Virus record (IMG/VR): IMGVR_UViG_3300016474_000237 | Location: 1-27,612 of that record | Source of the DNA: a virus | Lineage: Duplodnaviria; Caudoviricetes | Reading direction: 5' to 3' (one strand) | DNA: 27,612 nt | Shown: positions 24,969 through 27,612 of the stretch, piece after piece | Position numbering within the stretch: position 1 is the stretch's first letter | Layout of the letters: each line of letters starts with the position of its first letter | Position numbers and translations under genes: made by a program | The notes under the pieces: model-generated | The model's input: the letters and a program-made list of their open reading frames with translations, nothing else | Told to the model about the DNA's origin: nothing | Databases searched by the model: none

Positions 24969-26445
24969 TTATGTTGTCCTGATTTGCCAAGCGAACTGAG
25001 ATGCTCTGCTTGATTAGGTTCTTATTTCGTTGTTTGAATAACTCGTATTGGTTGTTGTTCACAATACATGGTTGATATAGTGTTGACTCAGGGATGTGAA
25101 TCGGACAACCATCCTCATCGATGAGTGGGATGCCATCCTCAGTGGTCACATAGGTCACAATCTTGAGGAACGTCTGAGGCGATGTTACCAACTCCTCAAA
25201 GTACTGAGCCATGTTCTCTGTCATCCAATTGGTATTGAGGTCGAATGACTTGATGACGTTGGTGTTGATTGTCCTGAATCCGAACTCCTCAGTGCCGTAT
25301 GTCCACTCATCCGATGCGTTGATGTATCCGGTGACATCCTGGTTGTACACTTCACGAGTCACATCACCACGCTCATATGACTTGAGTTGGAAGGCGAATG
25401 ATGACCACGAACCCATGCGGTCAAGGAACAAGATATGATACTCAGAGATGAGAACTCTGCGGTCGAGGTTGATGCGGTACTTGACAGAATCCTGTTGACC
25501 GAGTGTTGCGCTATTGGAGAAATAGAACTCATACCACTCAACAGTGTTGTCGATGAGGTCTCCAGTGCCAACCAATATACCATAGTTATTCGGACCAACA
25601 GTCACCTGAACGATATCGTCAAGCGATGAGATGGCTTTGTAAAATATTGCACCATTGCTGTTCTGAAAGAATACCCTGTCTGACCCCTTAGGATTCATCA
25701 TATTCAGATACAAGTCCTGACCGAGTGTGCATTGAAAGTCAGTTGTTGGTTGGTTAGTCAGCCATAGAGCTGAGGGGTTGTCGAGTTTGTAGTCCAGGTT
25801 ATCATACACCGACCAATCAAGCCATCTGAAAGCTGCGTTGAATACCATGTATGAATCGAACTCAGTGATGTCTCGAGTGATGACTTTACGGTTGTCAGCA
25901 TATCTGACCACACCATCGATGGCTGCATCAGTGATCGTGGACCATGATACATTGACCACCACAGTTGAACCGGTTGCTGAGATGACAGTGTGCAGTCCCT
26001 CGAGTTGTGGGTTGGCAACACCACCATCAGCCTGTGTTATGACTACCTGGTCCCCGGATGCGAATGTGTTGGTCACGTTGATTTGCACGTTGCCACTCGC
26101 ATTGGTTAGCGAAGATGTGTAACTGAACTCAGCCACATACTCCTCACCGACTTTTACGTCATAGAGATAGTATGAATTTGGCGCACCATAGGATGATGTC
26201 AGTACTGTCTGAAGGTCCCAAGACACTTTGTTCTGCAACAGCTTGGACAGGTCCTCCTCACCATAGCCATCTCCGAATCGAGGCAATACTTTGTATTCAC
26301 CAATCTTGTTGGCGGTACCTGCCTCATATACATCAAAGATATATTTGAATCCGTTCTTGTTCTTGTTGGTTGAATCAACGATGAACTTAATCGGGTTGTA
26401 AGCTGGTGTCTTTGTCTGAGGACTCGCTATGGTTGTTTGCGCCAT
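24961..26445 (-). CDS. Tail structural protein
   Basis: 494 aa; PAYNPI..FKYIFDV, FLDRMGSWSSFAF, LNTNWM..ELVTSPQ. Confidence 0.7.
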   Translation of the reverse strand: MAQTTIASPQTKTPAYNPIKFIVDSTNKNKNGFKYIFDVYEAGTANKIGEYKVLPRFGDGYGEEDLSKLLQNKVSWDLQTVLTSSYGAPNSYYLYDVKVGEEYVAEFSYTSSLTNASGNVQINVTNTFASGDQVVITQADGGVANPQLEGLHTVISATGSTVVVNVSWSTITDAAIDGVVRYADNRKVITRDITEFDSYMVFNAAFRWLDWSVYDNLDYKLDNPSALWLTNQPTTDFQCTLGQDLYLNMMNPKGSDRVFFQNSNGAIFYKAISSLDDIVQVTVGPNNYGILVGTGDLIDNTVEWYEFYFSNSATLGQQDSVKYRINLDRRVLISEYHILFLDRMGSWSSFAFQLKSYERGDVTREVYNQDVTGYINASDEWTYGTEEFGFRTINTNVIKSFDLNTNWMTENMAQYFEELVTSPQTFLKIVTYVTTEDGIPLIDEDGCPIHIPESTLYQPCIVNNNQYELFKQRNKNLIKQSISVRLANQDNING

Positions 26446-26548
26446 TACTTTGGTTTAGAATATTCAAGAGTGCAATTGCGAACTTGCCTGGCATCTCACC
26501 GATTAGCACTTCAATCTCTTTTACTTGTTTTTCAGATAGTGTTAACAT
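26387..26548 (-). CDS. Small hypothetical protein (53 aa)
   Basis: Below the track cutoff. MLTLSEKQVKEIEVLIGEMPGKFAIALLNIL...; fills the gap after the fibre-associated gene. Confidence 0.55.
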   Translation of the reverse strand: MLTLSEKQVKEIEVLIGEMPGKFAIALLNILNQSNGANNHSESSDKDTSLQPD

Positions 26549-26567
26549 AGCTTTTTTTCTTGCTAAG

Positions 26568-26840
26568 TTACGAAATTATTGTAACTCCGATAGCCTCAGC
26601 TACATACTCGTTAACTACGTTGTTGTCTTGTCCCCAAGATGCGAACTGCTCCTCTGTTAAGGTGTAGTTGCCGTCTTGTAATTTCTTTCCGTCTTCGGTT
26701 AAAAGTTCGTAGTAAGTTTGACAAGTTGTTGCTGTGGTTTCGAAGTTCAAAACAAGGACAGTCATTCGTGTTGCCGTACCTTGATTAAGTGGGAATACTA
26801 CGGGTTCGATAGCTATTCCGTTTGTTGGTGTTGTTGTCAT
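26568..26840 (-). CDS. Tail-fibre-associated hypothetical protein
   Basis: Likely start MTTTPT at 26840; directly after the fibre gene. Confidence 0.6.
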   Translation of the reverse strand: MTTTPTNGIAIEPVVFPLNQGTATRMTVLVLNFETTATTCQTYYELLTEDGKKLQDGNYTLTEEQFASWGQDNNVVNEYVAEAIGVTIIS

Positions 26841-26854
26841 ATATTTATTATTAA

Positions 26855-27610
26855 TTAAATCCACATTGTGCCGTTGTAATATGAAATTACGTTAAGCGTT
26901 GTATCGTATACCATTAATCCTGCCGCAGGCGAAGCAATGGCGTTCTTTTCTGTTGTTGTGAGGCGTGGTGGTAGGAAGCCTTTTGTGGTTGAAGTAAGTG
27001 TTAATAACGCACTTGCATTTGTTGTAGCTGCTCCTCCTTGATTATCTTGTATGCCTATACTTCTACTTGCGTTATTTAATCGAAATGTGTAATTTGAACC
27101 ATAACCGATTTGCAAATCAACAGTTGCAGAATTTACTAAATAACAATTTGTTGTATCTGTGGTAAATGACGTATTCCCACCACCTGAACTATTCCTTAAA
27201 AAAATTGAACTTCTACATTCCAAGTAATTTGTTGCTGAAAGAAAACCTGAAATATTTGTATTCCCCTGCACCCTCGCAGTACCATTTACGTCAAGCCTAA
27301 AGCCTGCGTCTGTGGTGGTGTTGATTAGGAAGTTTTTGGTTGAATTATTAAACCTTGCAGCTTCCGTGTTGTTGACATTAAAACGGACACCATAAGTTGG
27401 GTAACCCGAAAGGTCTAAATATCTATCCGTATTATCTAAAGCCACCGCTGCTTTTGCAGATTGGGTATTTAAGAACTCAATAATGCTATAACGTTGAGTG
27501 CTATTTACTTCAATGTTTGGATATATAGTAGACGTAAAACGAGCAACCCCCGCAGATACTTGAAAATTCCCCTGCACCCTCGCAGTTCCGTTAACGTCTA
27601 AACGGAAGCC
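26855..27610 (-). CDS. Tail fibre / receptor-binding protein, C-terminal part (starts beyond the right edge)
   Basis: Frame open to the window edge; repeated GFRLDVNGTARVQGN; C-terminal SALL..STTKGFLPPRLTT..AI.SPA.GLMVYDTT motif. Confidence 0.8.
   Translation of the reverse strand, partial: GFRLDVNGTARVQGNFQVSAGVARFTSTIYPNIEVNSTQRYSIIEFLNTQSAKAAVALDNTDRYLDLSGYPTYGVRFNVNNTEAARFNNSTKNFLINTTTDAGFRLDVNGTARVQGNTNISGFLSATNYLECRSSIFLRNSSGGGNTSFTTDTTNCYLVNSATVDLQIGYGSNYTFRLNNASRSIGIQDNQGGAATTNASALLTLTSTTKGFLPPRLTTTEKNAIASPAAGLMVYDTTLNVISYYNGTMWI
27260..27586. repeat. Intragenic direct repeat, 21-bp exact core ATTCCCCTGCACCCTCGCAGT at 27260-27280 and 27566-27586
   Basis: 306-bp period; both copies encode part of GFRLDVNGTARVQGN. 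Confidence 0.9.
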
Positions 27611-27612
27611 TG

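Noticed and set aside
215-26660. Many plus-strand and nested ORFs in the track (e.g. 17257-17613, 21660-22247, 22332-22724)
   Set aside because: They are antisense or alternate-frame shadows of well-supported genes and have no recognisable motifs. Only 18255 and 18757 are credible on the plus strand.
26855-27612. Diversity-generating retroelement TR/VR pair
   Set aside because: No reverse transcriptase is present in the window, and the differences between the repeats are synonymous rather than adenine-specific.
1-27612. Stop-codon reassignment, CRISPR array, integrase/att site, defence island
   Set aside because: Long genes are intact in the standard code with TAA, TGA and TAG all used as stops. 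I recognised no regularly spaced repeat-spacer array, recombinase/integrase or defence gene.

Overview
This is a 27.6-kb piece of a tailed dsDNA phage genome (Caudoviricetes). The host is probably a Bacteroidota/Flavobacterium-type organism, judged from TAnnTTTG-type promoters, AT-rich translation starts without Shine-Dalgarno sequences, a DUF3127-like SSB and a BT4734/VirE-N-type primase-helicase. Almost every gene is on the minus strand. In transcription order (right to left): partial tail fibre, tail proteins, tape measure, tail-completion/neck genes, an inverted pair of paralogous genes on the plus strand, XkdF-like prohead protease, major capsid, putative major tail, portal, adaptor, holin, endolysin candidate, spanin candidate and metallophosphoesterase. 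A terminator and an early promoter follow, then small early genes with a C5 DNA methyltransferase, a putative origin, an HNH nuclease, primase-helicase, resolvase, ERF/exonuclease/SSB recombination genes, a sigma-like factor and a partial HAD-like gene. I recognised no terminase, integrase, tRNA or CRISPR array. The most interesting signals are: (i) a bipartite motif AACAAAT-N10/11-TGCAACATA sitting 4-5 nt before the ATG of three structural genes, a candidate promoter for the phage sigma factor; (ii) a 5' leader of the replication operon with two hairpins whose loops are complementary, plus a third copy of the pairing sequence next to the start codon; (iii) the inverted, duplicated chaperone-like gene pair behind a host-type promoter that overlaps a late motif; (iv) single-gene cassettes flanked by direct repeats at stop/start junctions; (v) a multi-hairpin element between holin and endolysin. 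All protein family calls come from motif recognition by eye, not from database searches.
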